Source: Bacillota bacterium
Lineage (GTDB): Bacteria; Bacillota; Limnochordia; Darwinibacteriales; DTU012
Direction of reading: 5' to 3'
Assembly: GCA_012840925.1 (NCBI GenBank)
Contig: DUVS01000045.1
Span: 23,716-87,715 of the forward strand
Length of the DNA stretch: 64,000 bases
Position numbers and translations under genes: made by a program. The notes beneath the pieces are model-generated. The model saw only the letters and a program-made list of their open reading frames with translations. It was not told where the DNA came from and made no database searches. Within the stretch, counting starts at the first letter, position 1; every line of letters begins with the position of its first letter. Below are positions 1 through 9,862 of this stretch, piece after piece.

Positions 1-732
1 TTGACAAGAGACGTTGATGGTGATGGCATCATCGATCGGTGGGGAATCCGGAGCGTCAATTTGATGCACGAGATCATTGTTATGCTGGTATCAAACAGTG
101 CTAGAGTATCCAAGACCACTGCAGACGGCAGGATCGAGTTTGATCTCCTCAATCCTCATGTAGTTGAAACTCTGGACTTCATGCAGCGCTTGTATGCTGA
201 TGGTGTTTGGGCAGCCCGGGGTGTAGCAGAGCTGGGAGAAGCAGCAATGTCGATCCAAGTCGGTACCGACATTTCCGGTAAGGGATACCAGGATCACTTC
301 AATACGATTGGTGATGAGTGGGGACTGATTTTGCCGCCGCAAGGCCCCAATGGCCAGAACGAATTTAACATGTTTGTAGATGCCAGAGGCGCTATTCCCG
401 TTTACGTGGAAGATCCGGCAGCTGTCATTGAGGTAGTCAGTGCTCTGTGGCAGCTAAAAGAGCCGTACATTGAGGATATGGAAACATGGGAGGAAACTTA
501 CTGGGAACGGCATGTGAGCGGCCTGTTTGATATGGAGTCCTATTATTTCTTGACTCAACCCGATGTAAAACCTGTTTTTTATCCGTCTCAAATCGAGCGG
601 GGAATTCTGTTCTCCAGCAGCGGGATAGAAATGTTTAGGCGGATTATTGTAGACGGAGAAAGCGTAACCGCCCTCTTGAGTGCCGAACAACCTGTGTTCC
701 AAGCTCAGCTTGATGAGATTCTCAAGCAATAG
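1..732 (+). CDS. sugar ABC transporter extracellular solute-binding protein, C-terminal fragment (5' end outside window)
   Basis: ORF open at the window edge. The DGDGIIDRWG motif and collinear similarity to the complete SBP at 36366..37676 (DKDGDGEIDQWG) support the call. A hairpin terminator follows. Confidence 0.75.
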   Translation: MTRDVDGDGIIDRWGIRSVNLMHEIIVMLVSNSARVSKTTADGRIEFDLLNPHVVETLDFMQRLYADGVWAARGVAELGEAAMSIQVGTDISGKGYQDHFNTIGDEWGLILPPQGPNGQNEFNMFVDARGAIPVYVEDPAAVIEVVSALWQLKEPYIEDMETWEETYWERHVSGLFDMESYYFLTQPDVKPVFYPSQIERGILFSSSGIEMFRRIIVDGESVTALLSAEQPVFQAQLDEILKQ

Positions 733-776
733 CAGTGACAAGCCTCAGTATTGGCTGAAAACTTGAACAAGGAATT

Positions 777-805
777 AAAGTCCGCTTTCAGTGCAAGCGG
801 ACTTT
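777..805 (+). terminator. stem-loop AAAGTCCGCTT-tcagtgc-AAGCGGACTTT downstream of the SBP fragment
   Basis: An 11-bp inverted repeat is seen directly. The 3' tail is TAATTATAG, so the U-tract is short. Confidence 0.5.
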
Positions 806-821
806 AATTATAGTGTTTGAA

Positions 822-850
822 TTGACAGTCTAAAGGGGCTGTTGTATAAT
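822..850 (+). promoter_or_regulatory. near-consensus sigma-A promoter: -35 TTGACA (822-827), 17-bp spacer, -10 TATAAT (845-850) preceded by TG
   Basis: Exact consensus hexamers and spacing about 120 bp upstream of the GH42 start. The palindrome TTTACGTAAA (873-882) lies just downstream of the predicted TSS. Confidence 0.6.
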
Positions 851-970
851 TCACTTAGCTGTTAACTAAATATTTACGTAAAACCTTTATGTCACCTGCA
901 GAAGTTCACAAATGCAGTCATAAGCTAGATTATAGCCTCATTGCAGCAGTAAGAACAGGGAGGAATTGGC

Positions 971-2983
971 ATGAAATATGGAGTTTCATATTATCCTGAA
1001 CACAAGAGCCAAGCTGAGATTGACCACGATATAGCTCTAATGAAGGAAGCTGGCATCGATTTTGTGCGGATGGGTGAGTTTGCCTGGTGTAAGTTTGAAC
1101 CGGTTGAAGGGAATTACGATTTTACCTGGCTTGATCCGGTAATTGAACAGTTGGGTACCAACGGGATTTTAACTATTCTCTGTACCCCGACAGCATGCCC
1201 TCCTGCCTGGCTGGTAGAGCAGCACCCTGAAATTCTCTATGTGGATAACCGGGGAGTGACCAGGCCTTTTGGCGGTAGGAGGCATTATTGTTATAACAAC
1301 CGAATCTATCAGGAGTATTCCCGGAAAATTGCTGATGCAATTGGGGCACATTACGGGAACAACCCCTATGTATTCGCCTTTCAGATTGACAACGAGCTGG
1401 CTCAAGAAGGAACAGGCCGATGCCACTGTCAAGTGTGCCGGGAAAAATTCCAAAACTGGTTGGAGCATAAATATGGCAGTATAGGCGAACTGAACCGGAG
1501 AATGGGCACCATTTTCTGGGGACAGACCTACGATCACTTTGGCCAAATTCATCCACCGGTGAACAGTATCGAAGTCAATACCATGCAGGCCATCCCCGCT
1601 TATTTTGAGAATCCTTCCCTGCGTTTGGATTTTGAACGCTTCTGCAGCGAGTCGAATATTGAATATCAAAATATCCAAAGAGCCGCTATCAAGGCGCATA
1701 CTGACAAGATCGTAACCACCAATGCCACTGGTGTTGCCACCAACAGTATCGATTATTACAAGGCTTTTCACGAACTGGACAACTATGCCTTTGACTACTA
1801 CCCCAGCCTGCGGGATGTGGAGATCAGCTCCTTCCCGTATGCCCATGCCAGAGGTGTATGTAACAAAGATTTTTGGCTGTTGGAATTTCAATCAGGCGGA
1901 GGGCACGGCCTTTGGGGTTCGGGAAGGCTGCAGCCATACCCCGGGGCGCTGCGGCAGGCGGCGATTCATGCTTTTGCAGCAGGAGCTGATTTAGTTGCCC
2001 ATTTTCAATTCAGGACATTTCCATTTGGAGCCGAACAGCTCAATTATGCCGTTGTCGATATAGATGGCATTCCAAGGAGAAGATTCTATGAAGTTCAAGC
2101 TGCTGCCCGTGATCTGAAAAAGCTTGGCGGTATCTTGAAGAATTCCCGCTTCGATAATGAAGTAGCCCTCTGTTTTGATTATGAAGCCCTCTGGGCTTTA
2201 AAGATCAAACCAATTGCCAAAGACTTCAATTACTTGAAATTCTGCAGTGAGATCTACCAGCAGCTAATTAAACTGGGCGCAGGAGTTGATGTGGTTTCGT
2301 TTAACCATGATCTGCATAAATACAAAGTTGTGATAGTTCCTGCTCCCATAATCATGAGTGATGAATTCAAGCGGCGGTTGAAACACTATGTCTATAACGG
2401 TGGAGTCCTGTTGTCAACATTTTTGGCCGGCATTAAGAATCCGGACAATCTCGGTATTGTCCAGTCGCTGCCTTGTGGGCTGACTGATGTGTTTGGAATT
2501 AGGGTTGGCGAAGTGGAGCCGGTGGTTGACCGGACAACAGCAACAGTTTCCTTGGCTACCGATGCCGGGAGAGTCCAGGGAGCGAACAAGTATTGGACTG
2601 AAACTCTCGAGCCAAATGGTGCTGAGATAATTGGAGTCTACGCTGACACCTTCCGGGAAGGCCTAGGGGTGATCAGCAGGAATGACTTTGGGAACGGAGC
2701 TGCCTATTACCTGGGCACCGGGTTGGAGCCGACTCTGCTGACTGGATTGGTGAAGCGGATCCTGAAGGATGGTGATGTGACTCCGTTACCGTTTGCGGTG
2801 CAAGAAGGCATGGAGGTATTTGTGAGGAAGTACAACCATCAAAACCTGTATTGTATTTTCAACTTCCGCAAAGAACCGGTAACTATTGAGCTAGGCCAGG
2901 ATTACAACGATGTATTGAACGGCGCCACTGTCAGTGAACAGGTGGTGCTGGATCCAAAAGGGTATCTGTTCTTGTTGGATTGA
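971..2983 (+). CDS. GH42 beta-galactosidase
   Basis: 670 aa. N-terminal MKYGVSYYPEH...DFVRMGEFAWCKFEP is typical of GH42. A four-Cys zinc cluster (C..CHCQVC) and an NEL catalytic region are present. RBS GGGAGG precedes the ATG. Confidence 0.9.
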   Translation: MKYGVSYYPEHKSQAEIDHDIALMKEAGIDFVRMGEFAWCKFEPVEGNYDFTWLDPVIEQLGTNGILTILCTPTACPPAWLVEQHPEILYVDNRGVTRPFGGRRHYCYNNRIYQEYSRKIADAIGAHYGNNPYVFAFQIDNELAQEGTGRCHCQVCREKFQNWLEHKYGSIGELNRRMGTIFWGQTYDHFGQIHPPVNSIEVNTMQAIPAYFENPSLRLDFERFCSESNIEYQNIQRAAIKAHTDKIVTTNATGVATNSIDYYKAFHELDNYAFDYYPSLRDVEISSFPYAHARGVCNKDFWLLEFQSGGGHGLWGSGRLQPYPGALRQAAIHAFAAGADLVAHFQFRTFPFGAEQLNYAVVDIDGIPRRRFYEVQAAARDLKKLGGILKNSRFDNEVALCFDYEALWALKIKPIAKDFNYLKFCSEIYQQLIKLGAGVDVVSFNHDLHKYKVVIVPAPIIMSDEFKRRLKHYVYNGGVLLSTFLAGIKNPDNLGIVQSLPCGLTDVFGIRVGEVEPVVDRTTATVSLATDAGRVQGANKYWTETLEPNGAEIIGVYADTFREGLGVISRNDFGNGAAYYLGTGLEPTLLTGLVKRILKDGDVTPLPFAVQEGMEVFVRKYNHQNLYCIFNFRKEPVTIELGQDYNDVLNGATVSEQVVLDPKGYLFLLD

Positions 2984-3011
2984 GCTAACTAGTCATCGAG
3001 GAGGTACAGTA

Positions 3012-5732
3012 ATGATGAAACAGGCGCTGATCTTGACCAGCGGGGGAATGAACAAACGGATCGAGTTTGGCATTTCGCTGCTTAAACGGGAGCTAGAGAA
3101 GGCTGGATATGTAATTAAACGGGCGGTTATGACCGAAGAATTCCACCGTTATCGCCAGTACGAAGGTGAGATATTATATGTTGGTTATAGGGGTGAAGAT
3201 CAGTTTATCAACTGGCTGGAAGAGCAGGAAGTGCTTCTATATCATGGCCCGGAATTGCGCAAAGAGGGCTTCTATCTTGAAAGCTGTCCGGGACGGCTGA
3301 CAGTGGTGGTTGGCGCTGATGATACCGGTGCCATCTATGGCTGTCAGGAATTGGCCAACCGGATTGGCAGTGCGGGGGAGCTGCCCAGGAATCTGGCGTT
3401 TTATGATGCGCCTGAGTTTAAACTGAGAGGCCCCTGTTTGGGACTGCAGAAAACCAAGATTGAGCCGCCCCGGCTGACATATGAATATCCTATCACTCCG
3501 GATCGGTTTCCCTGGTTTTATGACAAAGAGATGTGGCTCAAGTTTCTCGATCACCTGGTTGTTAACAGGTGCAACGTACTTTATCTGTGGAGCGGCCATC
3601 CCTTTTCCTCCTTGGTCAGGTTGGAACAGTACCCTGAAGCTCTGGAAGTTTCAGAAGCAGAGTATGAGCTCAACCGCACCATGTTTCGGTGGTTGACCGA
3701 GGAATGTGACCGGAGGGGCATCTGGGTTGTTCTCAAATTCTACAATATCCATATCCCTCATCCCTTTGCTGTAAAACACGGTTTGGAACAGCGGCAAACA
3801 CGGATTAATCCCTTGGTGGCAGATTATACAGCTAAGTCGATTATTGAATTCATCAAATCCTTTCCCAATATTGGCCTCATGGTCTGCCTGGGTGAAGCTC
3901 TCCGCGGCTATGACAACAAGACCGAATGGTTTGTGAAGACGATTATCCCTGCCGTCAAGGAAGGGATGAGGCAAGCAAATCTTACAGAGGAACCGCCTAT
4001 TATTCTCCGGGCTCATGATTGTGATCCGTTTGCCGCTATCGAAGGCGCCAAGGATCTGTATACCAACCTGTATACAATGTGGAAATACAATGGTGAAAGC
4101 TTGACCACTTATTATCCCAGAGGCAACTGGCAGAAACAGCACCTGGCTTTAAGCAGTATGAAGTCGACCCACATCATTAATGTGCATATCGTAGCTAATT
4201 TAGAGCCTTTCCGCTATAATGCTGTAGGTTATATTCACAAGTGTATGCAGGCAGCCAAGTACCGCTTGGGAGGCAATGGCTTGCATCTATATCCTCTCTT
4301 CTATTGGGACTGGCCTTATGCTCCGGACAAGGTAGAACCGCGGCTGCTGCAGATAGACCGGGATTGGATGTGGTATGAAGCCTGGTTCCGCTATGCGTGG
4401 AATACAAAGCGGGACGAAAAGGATGAAATCCTGTACTGGACAAAAAGATTCGGCGACCACTACTCAATCAGTGATCAAGCTGCCAGGCTGCTGGTGGAAG
4501 CTATGAACAGCGCGGGGCAGATCGCTCCAAAAATCCTAGGCAGAATCGGCATCACTGAAGGTAACCGGCAGACTTTCAGCCTGGGAATGACCTTAAGCCA
4601 GATTACCAATGTCAAGCGCTACGGCCCCAATCTGGAGCTTTGGCGTTCGGTGGCCAGAAGTGGCGAGCAGCCCGATGATTATGTCACCAAAGAACTTGCG
4701 TCCCAGCCTCATGTCGGTGAAACTCCTTATGATCTGATTGCTGAAGTCAGTTCCGATGCAAGGGAGGCCTTGGCCAAGTGCGAGCAGGCCTTAAAGGAGA
4801 TTTACAATCCCGATGATGAGCTTATGCGGATTAAGAGTGACATCGAAGCGCTGTATTATCTGACTCAGTTTTACTGCTATAAGCTGGAAGCAGGTATGGA
4901 GATTTTGAAATACAAATATACCATGGATGACAAGTTCTGTAGTGACTTCACCCTTCTGGACAAAGCAGGTGAATTGCTGGCGAAAAGCCTTGAAGCTTAC
5001 AGGCAAGTTACTGACATAACCGAGCAGACATACGTCTATGCCAACAGTCTCCAGACCAGGCATCGCAAAATTCCGTTTCCTGATGGCGAATTATATTATC
5101 ACTGGAGCCAGTGTCTGCCCGAATATGAACGGGAGTATGCCAATTATAAGCGCAATATAGCCCGGCTCAAAGCGGGAGAGTTGCCTCAGTTCGAGGTGGA
5201 TGCGTCGGCAACAACTATGCCGGAAGCCCCATTTAGGCTGCTAAATGAGGATTGTCAGCTTTATCGAGTGGCAAAGGGTGAGAAGCTGTTTTCTGACGGT
5301 GACCAGATCATCTACGATGTGATCAGGCCGCTGGATGGACTGACCGGCATTCGTATGGCCCATGCCACAGCCCGTACCAAAGGCTGCGGGATTAAGATTG
5401 AACTGTCAGAAGACAGCCAGGTTTTGATTGGATATGTCAAAGATAAAAATCCTAAATGGCTGCAAGCACCGGAGTTGGAAACAAACGCACATGCCGATGA
5501 CCGGGGCGGTGTGAAAGTACGGTTTAGAAATGCAATCAGGGCCAGTAATTGCCCACCTATAGACATCCACGCTCTCCAGTACGAAAAGGGAGTCCATGAG
5601 TTGTACTTTGGCACAGGTAGTTATTTAGTCGTGGGAGTGGTGCCAAAACATGTAAATCTTGACGCTTATGGCGGGAAGCACAAAAACGATGGACCGGAAA
5701 CTCTCGATTGGTTGTACTATTGTCTAGACTAA
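3012..5732 (+). CDS. large cytoplasmic glycosidase-like protein, family unassigned
   Basis: 906 aa from ATG 3012 with RBS GAGGAGG 7 nt upstream. The longer ORF from 2934 would overlap the GH42 gene. No signal peptide. Sits between GH42 and the URO-D-like gene. I could not assign a family from sequence alone. Confidence 0.6.
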   Translation: MMKQALILTSGGMNKRIEFGISLLKRELEKAGYVIKRAVMTEEFHRYRQYEGEILYVGYRGEDQFINWLEEQEVLLYHGPELRKEGFYLESCPGRLTVVVGADDTGAIYGCQELANRIGSAGELPRNLAFYDAPEFKLRGPCLGLQKTKIEPPRLTYEYPITPDRFPWFYDKEMWLKFLDHLVVNRCNVLYLWSGHPFSSLVRLEQYPEALEVSEAEYELNRTMFRWLTEECDRRGIWVVLKFYNIHIPHPFAVKHGLEQRQTRINPLVADYTAKSIIEFIKSFPNIGLMVCLGEALRGYDNKTEWFVKTIIPAVKEGMRQANLTEEPPIILRAHDCDPFAAIEGAKDLYTNLYTMWKYNGESLTTYYPRGNWQKQHLALSSMKSTHIINVHIVANLEPFRYNAVGYIHKCMQAAKYRLGGNGLHLYPLFYWDWPYAPDKVEPRLLQIDRDWMWYEAWFRYAWNTKRDEKDEILYWTKRFGDHYSISDQAARLLVEAMNSAGQIAPKILGRIGITEGNRQTFSLGMTLSQITNVKRYGPNLELWRSVARSGEQPDDYVTKELASQPHVGETPYDLIAEVSSDAREALAKCEQALKEIYNPDDELMRIKSDIEALYYLTQFYCYKLEAGMEILKYKYTMDDKFCSDFTLLDKAGELLAKSLEAYRQVTDITEQTYVYANSLQTRHRKIPFPDGELYYHWSQCLPEYEREYANYKRNIARLKAGELPQFEVDASATTMPEAPFRLLNEDCQLYRVAKGEKLFSDGDQIIYDVIRPLDGLTGIRMAHATARTKGCGIKIELSEDSQVLIGYVKDKNPKWLQAPELETNAHADDRGGVKVRFRNAIRASNCPPIDIHALQYEKGVHELYFGTGSYLVVGVVPKHVNLDAYGGKHKNDGPETLDWLYYCLD

Positions 5733-5751
5733 ATTTGGGAGGCAGCTTGAG

Positions 5752-6897
5752 ATGACATCAAAAGAAAGGGTACTCAGGACAATTGCTCATCAAGAGCCGG
5801 ATCGCGTCCCTGTGGGAGAATGGGGCATAGATCATGATCATGTCAGTAAAGTGATCGGTCGCCACACATATTACCGCAACCGGAAAGATGAAACCATTGC
5901 CCTGTGGGAAGGCAGACGGGACGAGGTTGTAGAGAGCTATAAGGAAGATTACTCCGAACTAGTGGAGAAATTGGACTATGACATCATCACTGTCGATTTG
6001 GTAGCTCCGAAAGGTTATGTCCATCCTGATCCACCCCGGAAGGTTGGCGACGGGGTGTGGGAGGATTCCCGGGGCCGAATCTACAAATACGCAGCCAGTA
6101 ACGATTCCATCATGTGTATCAACAATCAGCGCCCGGCAAAAGAGGAAATCACAGAGGCAGAGATCAAGCAGCGTCTTGATAAACTGGCTGGGCTGGATGA
6201 TTCCGTCTTTGAACTGGTGGACTACTTTGGTGCCAAATACGGGGAGGAAAAGGCAGTCCTGTTTCGGGGCATCGACATCTATGACAGCATGATGAATATC
6301 TTCGGCGGGAACCAGGAACATGAATTGATCCTGCCTTTAATCGCCCCGGATGAAATCAAGAAGATGTATCAGTATGCTTTGGCCTATAATGAAAAGCTGA
6401 TTGAACACTGTGCGAAAAACAATATAATGATCTGTATGCAGGGCAAAGATTTTGGCATGAATAACTCGACGATCATGTCTCCTGCTGTGATTCGTGATGT
6501 TTATCTGCCCCTGATTAAACAGGTCAATGAAATGATCGAACAGTACGGGATGATCCCGTTTTTCCACTGCTGCGGCAATATCTGGGGTATTCTCGATGAT
6601 TTCGTGGCTGCAGGTTATCAAGGCTATCAATCGATTCAGGAAACTGCCGGCATGGACACCAGGCGGGTGAAGGAAAAGTACGGTGATGTTCTCACGCTGT
6701 GGACAGGAGTTCAATGTGAGACATTGGTTGAGGGCACACTTGAAGATGTTGAGAGTGAAGTACGCCGGAATCTGGAGCTTTTGATGCCAGGCGGCGGGTT
6801 TATCTTCGGTTCCACGAACTCAGTTCAATACGGAGCAAAGACTGATAATTACCTCAAAGCTTTGGAAGTGGTGCGGAAATACGGAGTATACAGCTGA
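5752..6897 (+). CDS. uroporphyrinogen decarboxylase (URO-D) family protein (MtaA/CmuA-like fold)
   Basis: 381 aa. The N-terminus MTSKERVLRTIAHQEPDRVPV is typical of the URO-D-like proteins found in clostridial-type sugar loci. RBS GGGAGG. Confidence 0.7.
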   Translation: MTSKERVLRTIAHQEPDRVPVGEWGIDHDHVSKVIGRHTYYRNRKDETIALWEGRRDEVVESYKEDYSELVEKLDYDIITVDLVAPKGYVHPDPPRKVGDGVWEDSRGRIYKYAASNDSIMCINNQRPAKEEITEAEIKQRLDKLAGLDDSVFELVDYFGAKYGEEKAVLFRGIDIYDSMMNIFGGNQEHELILPLIAPDEIKKMYQYALAYNEKLIEHCAKNNIMICMQGKDFGMNNSTIMSPAVIRDVYLPLIKQVNEMIEQYGMIPFFHCCGNIWGILDDFVAAGYQGYQSIQETAGMDTRRVKEKYGDVLTLWTGVQCETLVEGTLEDVESEVRRNLELLMPGGGFIFGSTNSVQYGAKTDNYLKALEVVRKYGVYS

Positions 6898-6913
6898 GCA
6901 AGGGGTTGGGTTG

Positions 6914-7990
6914 ATGAAGGATAAGTTGACTTTGGGTGTCTTGGGCTTAGGAGAAGGCAGAAGCATTATTTCTGCTTGCCTGGAGAGCGAACTGTGGGAA
7001 CTGGGCAACATCTGTGATATTAACGAAGAGGTCTGTAAAGTTAGGGCAGAAGAGTTTGGATTGACCAAGTATACGACCTCTTATCAGGATCTTTTGGACG
7101 ATCCGGAGATCGATGTGATTGGTATTTACACGCCGGATCAGCTCCACGCTCTTCATATCAAGATGGCCCTGCAAGCCGGTAAGCATGTAATCTGCACTAA
7201 ACCTTTGATCGTTGATTTGGGTGAAACCAAAGAACTGCTGGAAGTGCAGCGACGCGCTGAAAAAACAGTGTTTGTGGGCCAAAGTTCCAGATATTTTGAA
7301 CCTATGATCAGGCAGCGCCGGGATTTTGAGGCCGGCAAACACGGCGGACTTGTCACCCTTGAGACCCATTACGTCAGCGACTCCCGCTGGTTTTTACAGA
7401 AGAGCTGGAGCCTCAAATCTGGATTTTCCTGGCTGTACAATTTCATGAACCACGCTGTTGATCTGGCAGCCTGGTACCTGCCGGATGTTCAAGAAGTGTA
7501 CGCTGTTGGGATTGTGAGTGAAAACACCAAAGAGTGGGATCTTACGGTGCCAGATACCATCAAAGCCATTCTAAAAAGCAGCAATGGTATCTGTGCCAGT
7601 GTTTCCGGTGTGTACGCTGCCCCTACTTTGGGCAGTGAAATAGAGCAGTCAATCAGCTGCACCTTGAGGGGCACCAGGGGCATCAGCCGGGCAGGATATC
7701 CCAAACTGAGGTATCTTACCAATTTTTCACCGGTCAAGAAAACTGCAGAGCTCCATACCTATGATCAGAGGCACGGGTATTATTTCAGATTTGAAGCTGA
7801 AACCCACCATGCAGGGGAATATCAGAACTACATAGAGGAGTTTGCAAGATGTCTGATGCAGGGTGAAACTCCCAAACCTGATCTGGAGGAAGGTATTCGC
7901 ACCATCGCCATTCTAGAAGCGATCGACGAATCGATCAAGACAGGCAAAGTCGTGAAAGTAGACGATGTTTTGGCTAGATACTTAGACTGA
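6914..7990 (+). CDS. Gfo/Idh/MocA family NAD(P)-dependent oxidoreductase
   Basis: N-terminal Rossmann LTLGVLGLGEGRS and the typical ...KHVICTKPL... motif. Start moved to ATG 6914, which has an RBS. Confidence 0.85.
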   Translation: MKDKLTLGVLGLGEGRSIISACLESELWELGNICDINEEVCKVRAEEFGLTKYTTSYQDLLDDPEIDVIGIYTPDQLHALHIKMALQAGKHVICTKPLIVDLGETKELLEVQRRAEKTVFVGQSSRYFEPMIRQRRDFEAGKHGGLVTLETHYVSDSRWFLQKSWSLKSGFSWLYNFMNHAVDLAAWYLPDVQEVYAVGIVSENTKEWDLTVPDTIKAILKSSNGICASVSGVYAAPTLGSEIEQSISCTLRGTRGISRAGYPKLRYLTNFSPVKKTAELHTYDQRHGYYFRFEAETHHAGEYQNYIEEFARCLMQGETPKPDLEEGIRTIAILEAIDESIKTGKVVKVDDVLARYLD

Positions 7991-8014
7991 CAGGGATGTG
8001 AAAGGGGGATGAGG

Positions 8015-9835
8015 ATGAACTACCGGCAGCAGATAGCAGCTGCTGATCCAATACGCTATATCGGTTCTGAGAAAGCAGATATCCGTTTTTACGACGGAGC
8101 ACTCAAACATGCAGTGGGGGCGAAACACTATCAGGTGGTGCGGGCTAATCGGGAATTTCCGGAAACCCAGGAGGATTACGGCTGGACATACAACCATGCT
8201 CCGATGCTCTGCTGGTGGAATGGTCATTTCTGGATCGAATACCTCAGCAATCCAGTCAGTGAACACGAACCACCATCCCATACCCTTTTGACCTGGTCTC
8301 GGGACGGCGAAGAATGGGTCAAGCCTGTCGTGATTTTTCCCCAGTTTGTACTGCCGGAGGGCGTTTACCAAGGGCCGAAGCAGGAACTGCTGCGTCCGGG
8401 CGATACAGCCATCATGCATCAGCGGATGGGATTTTATATTACCAAAGATGATCGTCTCTTTGTCTTAGGTTTCTACGGTGTTTCTCCCGAGGTACATACA
8501 AGCCCCAACAATGGTTACGGAATAGCCAGGGTTGTGCGGGAAGTGTATCATGACTTCACCTTTTCACCGGTTTATGTACTGAGGTACAATCGCTTTAGTG
8601 GATTTGAACCAGAGCATGTCCCCTTTCTGTTTTATCAGGAAAGTGACGACCCCGGCTTCATTACCGCCTGTGAAGAACTGCTCAGCAACAAGCTTGTCAT
8701 CTGGCAGTGGTGGGAAGAACAACGCTTTGACACCGAGCTTTTCCCCCAGCCAAGCCGGCAGGCTTTGTGTTATTATACGCTTCCTGATCGAAGGGTGGTA
8801 GGGTTTTACAAACATGCCTTAGTCAACTTTAGCGAGGATGGCGGGCAAACGTGGAGTGATTTTGTAAAATGCTATTCTATTGAAACGTCTACCGGTAAAA
8901 TCTGGGGAGAAAGAACCAGCGACGGCAGATACGCCCTGATCTACAATCCTTCCACTGACAGCATGCACCGTTGGCCTTTGGCGGTGGCGACCAGCGATGA
9001 TGGCATCAATTTTGATAATCTCCTGGCCTTGACCATCCATGTACCGCCAATGCGCTATGTCGGGTGGGCTAAGAATCTCGGCCCCCAGTATGTGCGGGGC
9101 ATCTGTGAAGGTTATCCAAAACCCGATGACGGACATCTGTGGATCACCTACAGCATGAACAAAGAAGACATCTGGGTGGCCAAAGTTCCAGTGCCTATTA
9201 CGGGAGCAGAGTCTGAGCCGATTGATGAGGATTTTTCTGATACCGAACTTCCTAGATGGAACATTTATGCGCCTAGATGGTGCCGGATATATGCTTGCCC
9301 AGCCAACAAGTGGCTGGTAATTACTGATAGCGATCCCTATGATCAGGCTATTGCGGAACGGGTCTTTATGGAGTCGACAGCCGTTACGGTAAAGACGCGC
9401 ATCATTGCCGACAGCTTTGGCTTGACCGGGTTGTACATTGATCTTACCGATGACAGCGGTTCGGTTCCTGTAAGGCTGGTGTTCAAGCATGATCAGCATT
9501 TGTACATCAAAAGCAACGGCGTTTATAACGATGTTGGCAAATTTGCCTTGAACAAGGCTTACGATCTGGCTATTCAAGCCGATTGTGTCTTAAATCAGTT
9601 CTCTGTAGCTGTTGAATGTGACGGAGAGCTGTTGGTGAACAAGGCTTACAAGTTCAATACATCTGTCCATTCACTGGAACGGCTGGTTTTCCATACTAAA
9701 CAGCGGGTAAATTACTACGATTTGGAGGCAAACGGCAAAGACGGCAGCATGCCAGACTTGCCTGGTGCTGGCAGTAGAAATCAGGAAACCAAATTCTATA
9801 TCGTCATGGTCAAGACTGATGAACACTGCCTCTAG
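8015..9835 (+). CDS. BNR/Asp-box repeat protein, sialidase-like beta-propeller glycosidase candidate
   Basis: Asp-box motifs TWSRDGEEW and FSEDGGQTWS (S-x-D-x-G-x-T-W) plus ATSDDGINF. No signal peptide. Start at the second ATG (8015), which has better RBS spacing. Confidence 0.6.
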   Translation: MNYRQQIAAADPIRYIGSEKADIRFYDGALKHAVGAKHYQVVRANREFPETQEDYGWTYNHAPMLCWWNGHFWIEYLSNPVSEHEPPSHTLLTWSRDGEEWVKPVVIFPQFVLPEGVYQGPKQELLRPGDTAIMHQRMGFYITKDDRLFVLGFYGVSPEVHTSPNNGYGIARVVREVYHDFTFSPVYVLRYNRFSGFEPEHVPFLFYQESDDPGFITACEELLSNKLVIWQWWEEQRFDTELFPQPSRQALCYYTLPDRRVVGFYKHALVNFSEDGGQTWSDFVKCYSIETSTGKIWGERTSDGRYALIYNPSTDSMHRWPLAVATSDDGINFDNLLALTIHVPPMRYVGWAKNLGPQYVRGICEGYPKPDDGHLWITYSMNKEDIWVAKVPVPITGAESEPIDEDFSDTELPRWNIYAPRWCRIYACPANKWLVITDSDPYDQAIAERVFMESTAVTVKTRIIADSFGLTGLYIDLTDDSGSVPVRLVFKHDQHLYIKSNGVYNDVGKFALNKAYDLAIQADCVLNQFSVAVECDGELLVNKAYKFNTSVHSLERLVFHTKQRVNYYDLEANGKDGSMPDLPGAGSRNQETKFYIVMVKTDEHCL

Positions 9836-9862
9836 AAGGACAATTCAAGGGAGGTTGGAAGC

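Noticed and set aside
1169-1891. 240-aa minus-strand ORF (and the nested ORFs at 1173..1556 and 1269..1484) inside the GH42 gene
   Set aside because: Antisense shadow ORFs within a strongly supported GH42 CDS. No RBS, and no recognisable protein features.
8819-9577. 252-aa minus-strand ORF inside the BNR-repeat gene
   Set aside because: Shadow ORF antisense to a gene with Asp-box motifs. Composition is typical of reverse-frame translation.
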